IMG/VR virus record: IMGVR_UViG_3300020179_000033
Location: 1 to 60,561 of that record
Strand: one strand, 5' to 3'
From: a virus
Lineage: Duplodnaviria > Caudoviricetes
DNA: 60,561 nucleotides
How positions within the stretch are numbered: position 1 is the stretch's first letter; every line of letters starts with the position of its first letter. Under the pieces are notes generated by a model. It made no database searches, was not told where the DNA came from, and was given only the letters and a program-made list of their open reading frames with translations. Of this stretch, positions 51,501 through 58,744 are shown one piece after another. Both the position numbers and the translations under genes were made by a program.

Positions 51501-53118
51501 TTATACAGTAGTTTCTGGAATTATTTTAAATGGTATTGGCTCAATTTCTCCTGGTACGTTTACACCGCCTTCTCCTGGTGCGGTAGATGCAAATTATCTA
51601 CTTAATCTTAATAGATCGTTTATTCAAAATGAGGTTATAAACTATGTTAATACCACTTACCCGTCCTTAAGATATAATATTGCATCTTGTTTTAGAGATA
51701 CTGGCTACATAGTAGATGCTGTTTCTTATGATATAACACAAGGTAATTATCTAAGCAGTATTAATGCAGGTAGTTACTATTATAACGGGACAGGTCAGTC
51801 ATTAGTTAAGGGCCAGCAAAAACAGACTGCTGATGCTTTAAAGTATGCAAACATAATTTCACAAAATATTATTAATAACACGCCTATTACAAGCAGAGCA
51901 GATGCAGTCGCACTACTACAATCAAATAGGCTGTTTATCCAGAAAGAAGTTATTGAATATGTTGATAAAGCTTATCCAACATTAGTTTATAACAAAGATA
52001 AATGTGAAAGAGATGTCGGTATCATAATAGATGCAATATGTTACGACATTACAACAGGTACTACTATTAGTGCTATAGAAGCCGGTAATGCATATTTTGA
52101 TAATGTAACTAACGTTTCGTTAATTTCAGGTCAAGAAATACAAACCGTGATGGCAATTAATTATGCTAAATATCTTGCCTTACAGATAATAGCTAATGAA
52201 CCGGTTCAATTTATTGGCGCAGGCTGTGGTATTAGAGTTGACGGTGAACTAGCTTCAGGGTTCTTAAGAAGTTTTGTTACTGACTCGTTTACTCAATTTA
52301 ATGCAGGTGGTAAAGGTATACATATTATAAATTGCGGTTACGCACAGCTGGTTAGTACCTTTACCATTTGTACAACAGAAGGAATAATTACAGAAGCTGG
52401 TGGTCAGTGCAGTATTAGTACTTCTAACTGTTCGTTCGGGCTTTCGGGATTAGTTGCTACAGGTAAATCTAAATTCCCAGTACTGACAGGTTATCAGACC
52501 ATTACGACACCCCTTGCTGAAAATTTTGTTTATATACAAGACGTAACACCCAGGCCTCTATCTGCATTTGTTGCTGCCTTGCAAGCCGGTTTTGAATTAG
52601 AAGGTATACCAGTATTAGAACCGTATAATGGATTGCTTATTAATATTGAAGATGACCCTGCAAGTGATTACGATGAATTCTTTAACCCAGGTGCATTGCC
52701 TAAGTATCATAGTATTAAGTCGGTTAGCGCCTTAGATGTAGGGTACCCTCCTTATACATATAGAATAGAACTTGAATCCAACATTCAAGCACCATTAACA
52801 GCTTCTTCTGCACAACCTAAGTACGTAGAGTTTTATCTAAGAAGTCTAATTGCCACATCTTCACATGCATTTGAATATATAGGTACTGGTGTTGATCTAG
52901 AATTAGCTGTTCCATCATTAGGTGGTAAACCTATTAATGAAAACGAAGCAGTATTTTCGGACAACGGTATAGTATACTATTCAAGTACTAATGAACGCGG
53001 AGACTTTAAGGTAGGAGGAGGCTTTAAAGTAGTACAGGGTAAAGGAACCATTGAAGGATTAGACTTTAATAAGTCAATTCTTGCATTAGTTACACCTTTA
53101 ATACTTAGTCTAGATTAA
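48502..53118 (+). CDS. Large virion protein: pectin-lyase-like beta-helix with six inserted helical C-x-R-D (phycobiliprotein-like) repeats
   Basis: VYVSTTGSDLNSG...RTIKKA...IQVEAGDYTE and DSFTQFNAGGKGIHIINCGYAQLVSTFTIC flank six KC-x-RD-x-G-x-II-D-type repeats. Confidence 0.75.
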   Translation: MAGNARFHNKWHRRNHHSSPSTGYPDSGTDPIASSEEPFIGDFVTYNSISAHENLYIDGDATIQGNLSVYGEFTYLDTVVSVTSALSVINHGTGPALTVEQWGPQPIARFIDGDAQGGPKTALFIADQGHVIVNGVSAAQKYDPYQGLSASVPMDFSVYGNAYAKKAFIYDRPDGNTVYVSTTGSDLNSGLNPSQKVRTIKKACQIVFNVYGTNKATIQVEAGDYTEVNPIYVPAGTSIIGEAFLRRTNVRPYHKQMDIFWLNTACYMWGFTFRDTWDPCAATAFPNLDKRSAAYKVAFNTPGYEIDTTKPGGPFGLPIVSKPFVTTSPYTQGMSSITNYLKVPIQPDLFPSYFLPNTQHFELFDDGENVKRLFSIITETLSTGIVPTPPAIFAPNNYTPTATNILTYSLSSIKEEVINYIDSNSPPDDYDKTKCRRDLEYIINAVIDGVTTGTSTSAVNAANAYLIGGYVPIGGLPEDQIESTIGAYNYAKDLCLAAIQPGKQEQSNVELSFDVVANIIETGVSPLPVTTTPSIGSAMAITLLQTNSAFIQEATVRWVSYNYPLLAYSRDKCFRDVGYIIEATVYDLVNNTTLSAISAGQFYFSGTSSVLPSDQVTQTADAIRFAKSVAVDVINNKYLKTYEQRFDNTYTNGYLATSYITSEFNTIINIIRNGVAVLPPVVSIPVNNDAATLLNLNKPFVQKTVINYVDKTFPGFAYSREICERDAGLIIDCIVDDLNNGTNVKAISAGSRYYRGNSSVIIGQEVQTIAALRYINFLANKIVTNTPAITSQTFNPFLSSGYLLKEDVARSFDQITDIILTGEKPENQFFDPLMPSGGLAAGFVADSWNLIANIIASNGTFSPPVTSSGSSVPGAADAISLLTDNKKYIQRLVVEYVDRIYPKLIYSRDLCFRDAGLIIDSIVQDLVLNTNFFSISAGQAYFKFNESLIPGQESPTVAAILFANLVSQAVITNTPFSYYTQQYDPAYAQGITAGPYVQTAYTVVSGIILNGIGSISPGTFTPPSPGAVDANYLLNLNRSFIQNEVINYVNTTYPSLRYNIASCFRDTGYIVDAVSYDITQGNYLSSINAGSYYYNGTGQSLVKGQQKQTADALKYANIISQNIINNTPITSRADAVALLQSNRLFIQKEVIEYVDKAYPTLVYNKDKCERDVGIIIDAICYDITTGTTISAIEAGNAYFDNVTNVSLISGQEIQTVMAINYAKYLALQIIANEPVQFIGAGCGIRVDGELASGFLRSFVTDSFTQFNAGGKGIHIINCGYAQLVSTFTICTTEGIITEAGGQCSISTSNCSFGLSGLVATGKSKFPVLTGYQTITTPLAENFVYIQDVTPRPLSAFVAALQAGFELEGIPVLEPYNGLLINIEDDPASDYDEFFNPGALPKYHSIKSVSALDVGYPPYTYRIELESNIQAPLTASSAQPKYVEFYLRSLIATSSHAFEYIGTGVDLELAVPSLGGKPINENEAVFSDNGIVYYSSTNERGDFKVGGGFKVVQGKGTIEGLDFNKSILALVTPLILSLD

Positions 53119-53121
53119 ATA
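53116..53121 (+). promoter_or_regulatory. Late promoter core TAAATA
   Basis: 5 nt before ATG 53127. Confidence 0.65.
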
Positions 53122-53126
53122 ATATT

Positions 53127-53489
53127 ATGGCTAATATACCTTTAAATTATTTTACGAGAAAAGCGTTTTCGCTTACCCCGACTCTATCTTCTTTATATAC
53201 AGCACCTTTTGATAGGGCTTCGATTGTATTAGCAGCATATGCTACCAATTTAACGTTAAACGACGTTACAGTTACTTTAGGATTATCTGGTGTAGGGGCT
53301 CAATTTGTACCTAAGCAACCTTACGTTGATTACGCAAAAGATATTCTTATTTCTGGTAATGACACTACAAGCCTAGTACCAGCCAAATTGGTATTACAGC
53401 AATATGATACAATAATAGCGTCTTGTAACACTCCAAATGCGGTAATATTAAACATATCTATCCTAGAAACGCTTAATACTATAACTTAA
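53127..53489 (+). CDS. Small beta-sandwich virion protein
   Basis: LYTAP...SIVLAAYATN...KLVLQQYDTI...ISILETLN; directly follows the large beta-helix gene. Confidence 0.6.
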   Translation: MANIPLNYFTRKAFSLTPTLSSLYTAPFDRASIVLAAYATNLTLNDVTVTLGLSGVGAQFVPKQPYVDYAKDILISGNDTTSLVPAKLVLQQYDTIIASCNTPNAVILNISILETLNTIT

Positions 53490-53491
53490 TT

Positions 53492-54448
53492 ATGGGAAAG
53501 TACATTACCACCCCTGAAACAATAAGTGGGAAAGTAAAAGTACGATTACCGACCCAGGCGCAGGCTCTTTCTGCACGTTATACGTTTTTAAACCTTCAAA
53601 ATGCTGAACCTAATTTAGGTACTCCCGTAAATCCCGGGTCTGCATGCCCTGATCCTAACAGTATCAGATACATGCTAATGTCTAACAATAGTTATGGAAC
53701 TAGTGTAACGCCGCCAACCGCGTGGAGGGTATGGTCTGTCGACTATCCTAGAATTGCAGCTTACGCAGATAAGAGCAGTTTAGCTATCGGTAACGGTCAA
53801 CCAGTAAATAAAAATAGCTTAGTATTTAGTAACTACAATTATTCAACAAATAATATTTATAATAGTCAAACGTTTGATGAAAATACCTTTAATGTATTTT
53901 CTATGAGCGGTATTTATTTGTTTAACGCTACAACAGTTGGAGACCCCGCTAGTGCAACCGCATTTATTGTTACTGAAAACGGTAATGTGGGCATTAACAC
54001 GGATAACCCAAATACAAACTTAACAGTAAATGGAAGTATATCTGCACGCTCTAATGTGTTTGTAAGAAGCGCATTAACAGTTTTTGGAAATACTACATTA
54101 GGCGATCAAAAATTTGATACAAATACTTTAAGAGGTGAAGTGTATATAGCAGATAGTTCGCCTACATCATTAATTTTTGGTGATGGCAATGCAAATTATG
54201 ACACCAATTTATACCGAAGTGATGCAAATTTACTCAAAACAGATGATTCATTTCATTGTAATTCATTAAGTTCGATGAATGCTCTTACCGGGGCAGATAT
54301 AGTTCTTACAAACGCATTTGTAACCACCCTACCGTCAGCTACCGCATCAGGAGAATTTTTAATTTTAAATATAAACGGAGAATATAAAGCTATTAGATTG
54401 TGGGATGCTCCTACTATAGGATCGTTCCCTGTAGCTACATTACCATAA
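53492..54448 (+). CDS. Tail fibre-like protein
   Basis: AEPNLG; GNVGINTDNPNTNLTVNGSI; DTNLYRSDANLLKTDD. Confidence 0.6.
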   Translation: MGKYITTPETISGKVKVRLPTQAQALSARYTFLNLQNAEPNLGTPVNPGSACPDPNSIRYMLMSNNSYGTSVTPPTAWRVWSVDYPRIAAYADKSSLAIGNGQPVNKNSLVFSNYNYSTNNIYNSQTFDENTFNVFSMSGIYLFNATTVGDPASATAFIVTENGNVGINTDNPNTNLTVNGSISARSNVFVRSALTVFGNTTLGDQKFDTNTLRGEVYIADSSPTSLIFGDGNANYDTNLYRSDANLLKTDDSFHCNSLSSMNALTGADIVLTNAFVTTLPSATASGEFLILNINGEYKAIRLWDAPTIGSFPVATLP

Positions 54449-54449
54449 T

Positions 54450-56693
54450 ATGAGTAATCCTTTTAATTATACCTTATCAGATTTTTTTGATACTAATATT
54501 CCTGCTGTTTACGATCAAGATTATTATGTTGATTATAAAAGCTTAAGATTTCAATTATCTTCTACGTATTATCAACAATTAACAGCTCTAACTTGTAATA
54601 ACAAAGGGCTTTGTGCACTTGATTTGGGTAACTTGCCCAATTTGTCATCAGTTTCAATAAGAGAGCCCAGCTTAGTGCAGTTTCAATCATCTACTAATTT
54701 GACATATATAAGCGCAGAAAACGTAAGTGTACCTAATTTAGTTCTCTCTGGTGGTACATTTACTTATTTTGGTATATTTTATTCTCCTGCGCTTCAATCT
54801 ATAGATCTAACCAATGTTAAATCAATAGGTAATTTTGTTATGGTAATTAATAATTACCAATTGTCAGAAATTAACTGGGGAAATAGTTTAAATACTGTTC
54901 CAACTTTTTTAATTTTAGGTAGTAATAATTTAAGTAATGAAACAGTCGATACGCTCTTTTCATCGATTTGCGCGGTAAGCGGTAATACAGATTTAACAGG
55001 CAAAACAATAACTGTATCCAACCCTAACTCCGGTACTAATACCGGGTATGAAGCATTAACTGCATTACAAGACGAAGGCGCATCGATATCTGTATCCGTT
55101 ATTTCTCCTACACCTACTCCAACGCCCACTATTACACCTACGGTTTCTCTAACACCCACTATTACACCTACTGTATCGCGAGGTGCAGCAATCGGATTTA
55201 TTATATGGGTGGCTAATGAAACAGTATCTACTTACGGTACAAATAATGATTGCGCAGTACAAATTATGCTTATATCGCCAGAAGGAAGAACATTTACTGT
55301 TGCAAGTGATTTAGGTTCTACCACAGTATCTTCGGGTTCAGTGACTACTATTAACGGAGTTCGAGCATCTGTTTGGGGATCGGGGGAGACTAAGACTATT
55401 ACTATTACCGATACTACAAACGGTAGTAGCTCAACTACAATATTTGTTACACCTGGATATAATACTGGAGATGTTTCTATAACAGCTACCCCCGCCGGTG
55501 GCTCACCTACCACATATAATAATATTGCAGGATCTACTAGTTTTAGTAATCCTATTTCTTTTTATAACGGCCAAAATGTAACCACCACGCCCACGCCTTC
55601 GATTACCCGTACTCCAACGCCCACTATTACACCTACAAAAATACCTACTGAAACTGTTACGCCGACAATAACACCTACGGAAACAGTTACGCCTACTGTT
55701 ACTCAAACAATTACACCCACGCCAGGTGCCTCGCCTTCCGTAACACCTACAAGGACGCCGACAATAACACCTACTCAAACACCAACCGTTACACCTACAT
55801 CTACATCTACTTCTACAGCATATACTATTTGGGATGAAAGCATAAACGGTTCTCTTTCTAACAATGAAAATATACCAACACAAATAACTTTAAACAACGG
55901 CAACGGTCAAGTTATAGCTTCAGTAACTAGCGGCGTTCAAAATGCTGATTATTTTACCTTCTCTGTAGGAAGCAATCAGATATTAAATAAAATTTTCCTT
56001 AGAAACTACAGTTCTTCTGACAATGTTGCTTGGTTAGGCATCAAATCGGGATCGGATTGGACCATTGGTTATGACCAATCCCAGATGTTAGCACAACAAC
56101 ATTTTGGACCTGGAAATGTAAATCAAGAAATTTTAGGAGGAGCAGCACCTTATAATCCTGGCAATTATACAGTGAGAGTACAGCAGCTAGGTTCCAACAC
56201 TAATTATACTTTAGAATTTCAAGTTATAGCTGCCCCTACACCAACACCAACACCAACTAATACACCTACTATTACACCTACTATTACCCCTGAAGGCACA
56301 CCTTTCTTAGATATGACTATATGGGTGGCTAATGAAACAATATCTACTTACGGTACAAATGATGATTGCGCAGTACAAATAAGACCTAATTCACCTCCAT
56401 TAAAAACATTTACAATTAGTAGTGACTTAGGATCGTCTTCTGTTGCTACTAATTCTACTGCTACATTTAATAACAGTAGATCTAGCGTATGGGGCTCTGG
56501 TACTGCCAAAACATTTACTATAACTGCAACCGATAATAGTGTAGGTGCAACTCTACTAATTACACCGGGATATAATACAGCAAATACATCTGTAACTGTA
56601 ACACTTACAGGAGGTACACCTACATTAAGCAGCTATGCAGGTGTAACAACATTTACTAAACCTGTAGAGTTTGTCAACGGAGCATTTGCATAA
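54450..56693 (+). CDS. Modular protein: LRR-like N-domain, three Thr/Pro linkers, a duplicated beta domain and a PPC-like domain
   Basis: CNNKGLCALDLGNLPNL; IWVANET.STYGTN.DCAVQI occurs twice; WDESINGSLSN...ADYFTFSV. Confidence 0.65.
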   Translation: MSNPFNYTLSDFFDTNIPAVYDQDYYVDYKSLRFQLSSTYYQQLTALTCNNKGLCALDLGNLPNLSSVSIREPSLVQFQSSTNLTYISAENVSVPNLVLSGGTFTYFGIFYSPALQSIDLTNVKSIGNFVMVINNYQLSEINWGNSLNTVPTFLILGSNNLSNETVDTLFSSICAVSGNTDLTGKTITVSNPNSGTNTGYEALTALQDEGASISVSVISPTPTPTPTITPTVSLTPTITPTVSRGAAIGFIIWVANETVSTYGTNNDCAVQIMLISPEGRTFTVASDLGSTTVSSGSVTTINGVRASVWGSGETKTITITDTTNGSSSTTIFVTPGYNTGDVSITATPAGGSPTTYNNIAGSTSFSNPISFYNGQNVTTTPTPSITRTPTPTITPTKIPTETVTPTITPTETVTPTVTQTITPTPGASPSVTPTRTPTITPTQTPTVTPTSTSTSTAYTIWDESINGSLSNNENIPTQITLNNGNGQVIASVTSGVQNADYFTFSVGSNQILNKIFLRNYSSSDNVAWLGIKSGSDWTIGYDQSQMLAQQHFGPGNVNQEILGGAAPYNPGNYTVRVQQLGSNTNYTLEFQVIAAPTPTPTPTNTPTITPTITPEGTPFLDMTIWVANETISTYGTNDDCAVQIRPNSPPLKTFTISSDLGSSSVATNSTATFNNSRSSVWGSGTAKTFTITATDNSVGATLLITPGYNTANTSVTVTLTGGTPTLSSYAGVTTFTKPVEFVNGAFA

Positions 56694-56694
56694 A

Positions 56695-56700
56695 TAAATA
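56695..56700 (+). promoter_or_regulatory. Late promoter core TAAATA
   Basis: 5 nt before ATG 56706. Confidence 0.65.
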
Positions 56701-56705
56701 ATATT

Positions 56706-56978
56706 ATGGGCAAAGAAATAATTACACAACCTCAAGAATTTAAAGATCTAGGTATTAGCGCTGAAAAATTTTATTCTTCAGGAGGCAACAATTATGTAAA
56801 TATTAATATAGGTGATATTTCTTATTCTTTACAAGTTATAGTACCTACACCGACAGTCACACCGACTGTCACTTTAACACCAACTCCTTCTATTACTCCA
56901 ACTCCTTCTATTACTCCAACAGAAACAGAAACCCCTACCCCGACACCAACACCAACAATTACCCCAACACCTCAGTAA
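56706..56978 (+). CDS. Small protein with a terminal Thr/Pro tail
   Basis: About 46-aa N-domain followed by about 44 aa of PT repeats and no tip domain. Confidence 0.65.
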   Translation: MGKEIITQPQEFKDLGISAEKFYSSGGNNYVNINIGDISYSLQVIVPTPTVTPTVTLTPTPSITPTPSITPTETETPTPTPTPTITPTPQ

Positions 56979-56982
56979 ATCA

Positions 56983-57384
56983 TGGAGCTGGAGGGATTTG
57001 AACCCTCGTCTTAAACAATTTCATTTATAAGCCCTACAAGCTTATCTTAGTTTAACTTCAGAATAGATAGAACTAAGAAAAACCTATTCGATATGGTAAT
57101 TCTATACGCCTGATAACCAATTACCAAAACACGTCAGGTCGAGAATTTGTAACACACCTTACTTTACCAATTCTAATCTACAGTAAGACGATCGAGTTAA
57201 ACTAACTCGAGTTCAGCTTCTGAATCAACGAAGCCAGTCGATGCAAGAATTGCATCTGCCTCTTCTAGACTCATAGCCATGTCGAAGGTTTCTTCGGCAT
57301 TTAATAGTTTTGCTATTTTTTAATCGGAATGCCCCGATACTTGCTCTCATAAACCACACTGTTTAATCGATTCCAGTCAGCCCC
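56983..57384 (-). ncRNA. ssrA: tmRNA (402 nt)
   Basis: 5' GGGGCTG pairs with 3' CAGCTCC-A (G3.U Ala identity); T-arm GAGGG-TTCAAAT-CCCTC; helix 2 TTAAACAGT/ATTGTTTAA; tag ORF 57298-57197 with the stop in hairpin TCGAGTTA/TAACTCGA. Confidence 0.93.
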
Positions 57385-57397
57385 ATGTCAAAGAACG

Positions 57398-57471
57398 TAG
57401 CGGGGGTTGGATTTGAACCAACAATCTTCTGGTTATGAGCCAGATGAGTTACCGGGTTTCTCTACCCCGCG
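57398..57471 (-). tRNA. tRNA-Met(CAU), initiator-like
   Basis: CGCGGGG/CCCCGCT with a C1:U72 mismatch; A11-U24; TCTGG-CTCATAA-CCAGA. Confidence 0.9.
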
Positions 57472-57481
57472 ATAATTACTT

Positions 57482-57509
57482 ATTATACCGGTAGATTTTA
57501 TAATGTCAA
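57482..57509 (-). promoter_or_regulatory. Consensus sigma70 promoter for tRNA-fMet + tmRNA
   Basis: TTGACA-16 nt-TATAAT, 10 nt upstream of the tRNA. Confidence 0.85.
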
Positions 57510-57525
57510 GAACTAAATTAACTAT

Positions 57526-57723
57526 ATGTCAGCCCCAGCTAAAGTAGGTTCCGGTGCACCAGGTCATAGAAATTCCCGACATAGGTTTCGTTATGTGGGC
57601 GAAAAAAGAGTACAGCCAGTTATGACAAAAGGCGGCAAAATGATTGGTTATATTGACGGTGAAGCAGTAGTAGATAAAGATGGAAGAGAAATTCCTTTTA
57701 AAAAGATTGGTGAATTGCGTTAA
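57526..57723 (+). CDS. Small basic hypothetical protein
   Basis: 65 aa; TAAATT 6 nt upstream. Confidence 0.6.
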   Translation: MSAPAKVGSGAPGHRNSRHRFRYVGEKRVQPVMTKGGKMIGYIDGEAVVDKDGREIPFKKIGELR

Positions 57724-57918
57724 TTAGGCTGCAAAATCAATAGTTCTAAAAGCCCATTGATCGAATATATAATAGCTAGTTAATGCAGGGCTTATCGTAT
57801 TATCAATTCTTACTGATGTAGTAGCTGGATAAAGAGAACTATCTTTTTGAGTAAGATTTACAAATGATTGATTAAATCTTGTAGCAGGTGTGTCGACTTT
57901 AATTATTTCAGAGGCCAT
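57724..57918 (-). CDS. Small hypothetical late protein
   Basis: 64 aa; TAAATA (57924-57929) 5 nt upstream. Confidence 0.6.
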   Translation of the reverse strand: MASEIIKVDTPATRFNQSFVNLTQKDSSLYPATTSVRIDNTISPALTSYYIFDQWAFRTIDFAA

Positions 57919-57952
57919 AATATTATTTATGCTTTTGATGTGTAAAAAAATG

Positions 57953-58024
57953 AGCCGAAGATCGGGATTGAACCGATGACCTGCTGATTACAAATCAGCT
58001 GCACTACCGCTGTGCTACTTCGGC
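57953..58024 (-). tRNA. tRNA-Thr(UGU)
   Basis: GCCGAAG/CTTCGGC; GCTGA-TTTGTAA-TCAGC. Confidence 0.95.
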
Positions 58025-58028
58025 AAAA

Positions 58029-58622
58029 TTATTTCAGCCAAACGTAGTTTGGATCCAATGCTTGAGTATCAAGATAATCCCAAACAACCCAATTATTAGT
58101 TCCCAAACGAGCTTCATACAAGTTGTGGATAAAAGCTTCCAGATCTTTGATATGCCACACATCGTCTAATAATTTATTACCGGTAGTACGCTTTTTATGG
58201 GCAACATGATCGGCATATGAATATGCAAACCCAGTAAATGGAGGTACCATACAACCCAGACCTACTAAATTACCTAAAATTCTAGAGCATACCTCTTTTC
58301 CACCTACAGAATGCATAGTAACAATAGCACCTGCAGGCTTTCCGAGTAGATGCTTCTTACCTTCAATTTGAGTCATCTTTTCAAATAGTTGCTGCATTGG
58401 AGAACCCCAAGAATCCCAATAAGTTCCGGTAGTAAAAATTAAAGCATCTGAGGCTTTAATAGCCCTTCGTACCTTTACCCAATCAAATGAGGGAGAAAGG
58501 TGTATAACCCGTACTTTCGTGCTAGGATCGCGTTTCAAAATAAGTTTTCTAACCTTTTGTATAAGGTTATTAGTATTTCCGGTACGTCCTCCGAGAGAAC
58601 CGTTTAAAATAGTAAAAGTCAT
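58029..58622 (-). CDS. Flavodoxin-fold NAD(P)H-dependent FMN reductase family protein
   Basis: ILNGSLGGRTGNT, ASDALIFTTGTYWDSWGSPMQQLFEK, LLGKPAGAIVT. Confidence 0.82.
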   Translation of the reverse strand: MTFTILNGSLGGRTGNTNNLIQKVRKLILKRDPSTKVRVIHLSPSFDWVKVRRAIKASDALIFTTGTYWDSWGSPMQQLFEKMTQIEGKKHLLGKPAGAIVTMHSVGGKEVCSRILGNLVGLGCMVPPFTGFAYSYADHVAHKKRTTGNKLLDDVWHIKDLEAFIHNLYEARLGTNNWVVWDYLDTQALDPNYVWLK

Positions 58623-58630
58623 ATGTTATT

Positions 58631-58702
58631 TACCCCGTAGCGGAGTCGAACCGCTCTTGCAAGAGTGAAAATCTCGAGTCCTGACCGATAGACGAACGGG
58701 GC
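58631..58702 (-). tRNA. tRNA-Glu(UUC)
   Basis: GCCCCGT/ACGGGGT; CGAGA-TTTTCAC-TCTTG; AGCGG-TTCGACT-CCGCT. Confidence 0.93.
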
Positions 58703-58711
58703 ATATAAATT

Positions 58712-58739
58712 AATATACAGGAATTACAAAATAACTCAA
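58712..58739 (-). promoter_or_regulatory. Sigma70-type promoter for tRNA-Glu / FMN reductase / tRNA-Thr
   Basis: TTGAGT-16 nt-TATATT. Confidence 0.6.
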
Positions 58740-58744
58740 GTTTA

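Noticed and set aside
48502-53118. Assigning a cyanobacterial host from the phycobiliprotein-like repeats
   Set aside because: No photosynthesis or other cyanophage marker genes in the window; the repeats alone do not identify the host.
55202-56380. Diversity-generating retroelement TR/VR pair
   Set aside because: Only two differences, in opposite A/G directions; both copies are coding within one gene; no reverse transcriptase in the window.
44520-58702. Prophage attachment site at a tRNA or the tmRNA
   Set aside because: No integrase, no duplicated tRNA 3' end and no switch to host-like genes.
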